Shown here one piece after another: positions 61,767 to 64,000 of a stretch of DNA of 64,000 nt. Every line of letters starts with the position of its first letter. Position 1 is the first letter of the stretch. The stretch comes from an uncultured Prevotellaceae bacterium. GTDB taxonomy: Bacteria > Bacteroidota > Bacteroidia > Bacteroidales > Muribaculaceae. The notes under the pieces are model-generated. The model ran no database searches, had not been told where the DNA came from, and saw only the letters and a program-made list of their open reading frames with translations. Both the position numbers and the translations under genes were made by a program. The stretch is taken from NCBI GenBank assembly GCA_900318535.1, contig ONKU01000019.1, forward strand, positions 472-64,471, written 5' to 3'.

Positions 61767-61839
61767 ATGACCATGGTTTGCTGATATTCAGTTTATTTTG
61801 TATATTTGCAGCACAATTCATCCACAAACTACTCTTATT

Positions 61840-62931
61840 ATGAACATCAGACTTTTATTCACGGCACTGCTCATCGGCACGCTGATGGCCAGTTGCTCAA
61901 CACAATCACAAGAAAACAAGGATAACATGGAACAGAAACCGGTAGCCGGCACCGACGGCAACAAGTATGTCCCCTATGACCAGCGCACAGGCGAGGAGGC
62001 AGTGGTCTATTTCACCCGCAACCTGAGTGCCGAGGGCCTGATCATGGCCTACGAGCAAGTGAACAAGATGATTGAGGGCCGCGTGGGCGTGAAACTGCAC
62101 ACGGGCGAACAAAACGGTCCCAACATCATCCCGCGCGAATGGGTCAAGGCCCTCATTGAGAAGGACCTGAAGGATGCCCACATCATCGAGACGAACACCT
62201 ACTACGAGGGCGACCGCTACACCACCGACCTGCACCGCAAGACCTTGCAGGTCAACGGCTGGACCTTCTGCCCCGTTGACATCCTTGACGAGGAAGACAC
62301 CGTGACGCTGCCCGTCGTTGGCGGCAAGTGGTTCGACAAGATGTCGATGGGCAGCCACATCAAGAATTATGACTCGATGGTGGCACTCACTCACTTCAAG
62401 GGCCACACCCAAGGCGGATTCGGAGGCTCGAACAAGAACATCGGCATCGGTTGTGCCGACGGCCGCATCGGCAAAGCATGGATCCACACCACCCCCGGCC
62501 AGGACGACCAATGGGACATCAAGGAAGAAGAATTCATGGAGCGCATGACCGAATCGACCAAGGCATCGATTGACTACTTCGGCCAGCACGTGACCTACGT
62601 CAACGTGATGCGCAACATGTCGGTATCCTGTGACTGCGAGGGACTTGAGGCTGAGCCCGTGGTAACCCCCAACGTGGGCATCCTCTCCTCGACCGACCTG
62701 CTCGCCATCGACCAGGCCTGCGTGGACATCATCTACGCCATGACGGCCGAGGAGCACCACGACATGCTCGAGCGCATCGAGAGCCGCCACGGCCTGCGCC
62801 AGCTGTCCTACATGAAAGAGTTGGGCATGGGCCATGACCGCTACATCCTCATCGACCTGGACAACGGCGGCAAGCGCATTACCGCCGCCGAGGCCGCCAA
62901 GGGCCTCAAGCCTTTCGTCCAGAAGAAATAA
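61840..62931 (+). CDS. DUF362 domain lipoprotein, probably Fe-S
   Basis: Lipobox MASC, VKLHTGE, THFKGH...GG, KNIGIG, SCDC, DLLAIDQA. Confidence 0.85.
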   Translation: MNIRLLFTALLIGTLMASCSTQSQENKDNMEQKPVAGTDGNKYVPYDQRTGEEAVVYFTRNLSAEGLIMAYEQVNKMIEGRVGVKLHTGEQNGPNIIPREWVKALIEKDLKDAHIIETNTYYEGDRYTTDLHRKTLQVNGWTFCPVDILDEEDTVTLPVVGGKWFDKMSMGSHIKNYDSMVALTHFKGHTQGGFGGSNKNIGIGCADGRIGKAWIHTTPGQDDQWDIKEEEFMERMTESTKASIDYFGQHVTYVNVMRNMSVSCDCEGLEAEPVVTPNVGILSSTDLLAIDQACVDIIYAMTAEEHHDMLERIESRHGLRQLSYMKELGMGHDRYILIDLDNGGKRITAAEAAKGLKPFVQKK

Positions 62932-62950
62932 ATTCGCGCAGACACAAAAA

Positions 62951-62995
62951 GTCGAAGACCTTGGCAAGGCCAGCGGCCTTGTCAAGGTCTTCGAC
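62951..62995. repeat. REP-like 21-bp-stem palindrome
   Basis: gtcgaagaccttggcaaggcc agc ggccttgtcaaggtcttcgac. Confidence 0.8.
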
Positions 62996-63060
62996 CTGCT
63001 TGGACGCATTTCGCACTAGATGGCATTGCGGTGTGTCCCAATGGGGAAAACAGGGAGTAA

Positions 63061-63651
63061 CTATCGTCTTTTAAAGACAACCAGCTGGGCATCGGCACCA
63101 TCCTTGCCATATTCGCTCACGAGGATATGGTTTTCATCGCATGCGATGCCAAAACAACGGCGGCCTTCGCTCCCCTGCTTTTCCACCTGATTACCCCAAT
63201 AACTGGCATTGTCATCAAGCAGTTTGACGCTGTTTCCATTGATGGAGTACTCCATGTTGACAAATGAGCCCTGCAGCACAAACAGATTGTCAATCTTTGG
63301 CATGTCACTGATGCCGAGGGCGTTGACCTCATCAATGAGCTGTTGCTTGATGGGTGATGTGGCATGTGGCAATTCATCAGCAGGCAGTTGCCAGCGCTTC
63401 AGGTTGGGATAATACTGGCGCAGCAATGCCTTATACTCCTCTTGGTTGAGATGCTGGCCGGTATTCTTATTATACTCGTCAACAAACTGGGAGCAAAACT
63501 CCACCATTTCCTCCATAGTGAAGTCGCCCGTAAAAGCGCCGTCCTTGTAGCAATAGATGCAATACTCCTCATTTTTACTGCCGTCGGCATTGGTTCCGAG
63601 CAGTTCCTCGGTAAGCGGCATTCCGCAACTCTGACAAAATTTCTGTTCCAT
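63061..63651 (-). CDS. Zinc-ribbon (CQSCGMP...YCIYC) protein fused to a DUF3795-associated C-terminal domain
   Basis: MEQKFCQSCGMPL...CYKDG...NLKRW, then KQQLIDEVNALGI...RCFGIACD...YGKDG; start 63651. Confidence 0.72.
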   Translation of the reverse strand: MEQKFCQSCGMPLTEELLGTNADGSKNEEYCIYCYKDGAFTGDFTMEEMVEFCSQFVDEYNKNTGQHLNQEEYKALLRQYYPNLKRWQLPADELPHATSPIKQQLIDEVNALGISDMPKIDNLFVLQGSFVNMEYSINGNSVKLLDDNASYWGNQVEKQGSEGRRCFGIACDENHILVSEYGKDGADAQLVVFKRR

Positions 63652-63653
63652 TG

Positions 63654-64000
63654 TTATATATATAATTTTAATCCATTTATTGTCTTTTGCAATTCTTCCA
63701 GGAACCGGGCGGCGTGGCCACCGTCCATCTGTACATGATGGAACTGGAACGAGATGGGAAGGCTGACTTTCAGCCACTTCTTGCGATAACGGCCCCACAT
63801 CACCATCGGATTGCTGAACTGGTCGGTGTACTGGTTGACGATGCTGTCCAGTTCGGTTGCCGTCATCGCCGATGTCCCTATTACCATCATGTCTTCCTGA
63901 AAACTGCTTGCACAGTCCTTTTTAGCTGACTGGGTCAAGTTGATGTAATCGGTGCCGAACTCATCCAAATCATCGGTAAATGGAATGTCGCATGAGCTGA
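63654..64000 (-). CDS. CatA-like O-acetyltransferase, 3' part only; runs off the right edge
   Basis: PMVMWGRY...LPISFQFHHVQMDGGHAARF resembles the CAT HHxxxDGxH motif; frame stays open to the window end. Confidence 0.75.
   Translation of the reverse strand, partial: SSCDIPFTDDLDEFGTDYINLTQSAKKDCASSFQEDMMVIGTSAMTATELDSIVNQYTDQFSNPMVMWGRYRKKWLKVSLPISFQFHHVQMDGGHAARFLEELQKTINGLKLYI

Overview
Chromosomal window of a GC-rich Bacteroidales bacterium. Evidence: recurrent TAnnTTTG -7 promoters, A-rich leaders without Shine-Dalgarno sites, and the hemW-fusA2-rprXY and DUF4924-rfbD-prfC gene orders. Muribaculaceae-like affinity is an inference from the dockerin-like and BspA proteins. About 50 mostly housekeeping genes are present: uvrA, EF-G2, RprXY, TrkAH, L31B, a three-gene glycogen/alpha-glucan cluster, ppdK, a GH3-beta-lactamase fusion, recQ, ABC-F, a Cur/Crp regulator, RF3, an AmgK/MurU-like pair, and an ECF sigma module with a serpin. 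I saw no rRNA, tRNA, CRISPR array, integrase, transposase or reverse transcriptase. The most notable observations are: (1) a 1.66-kb unit encoding a secreted half-dockerin/beta-helix protein, bounded by a 42-bp direct repeat that duplicates the rpmE2 terminator; (2) seven arrays of a degenerate heptamer RACYARN at gene junctions, several abutting start codons or supplying stop codons; (3) a 188-bp nested inverted-repeat element and several unrelated REP-like palindromes; (4) a mosaic, frameshifted modular BspA LRR gene; (5) an apparent ~15-codon in-frame deletion in ppdK; (6) an orphan HTH-DNA methyltransferase fusion; and (7) a candidate stand-alone sRNA. All family assignments come from motif recognition and recall; no database searches were run.
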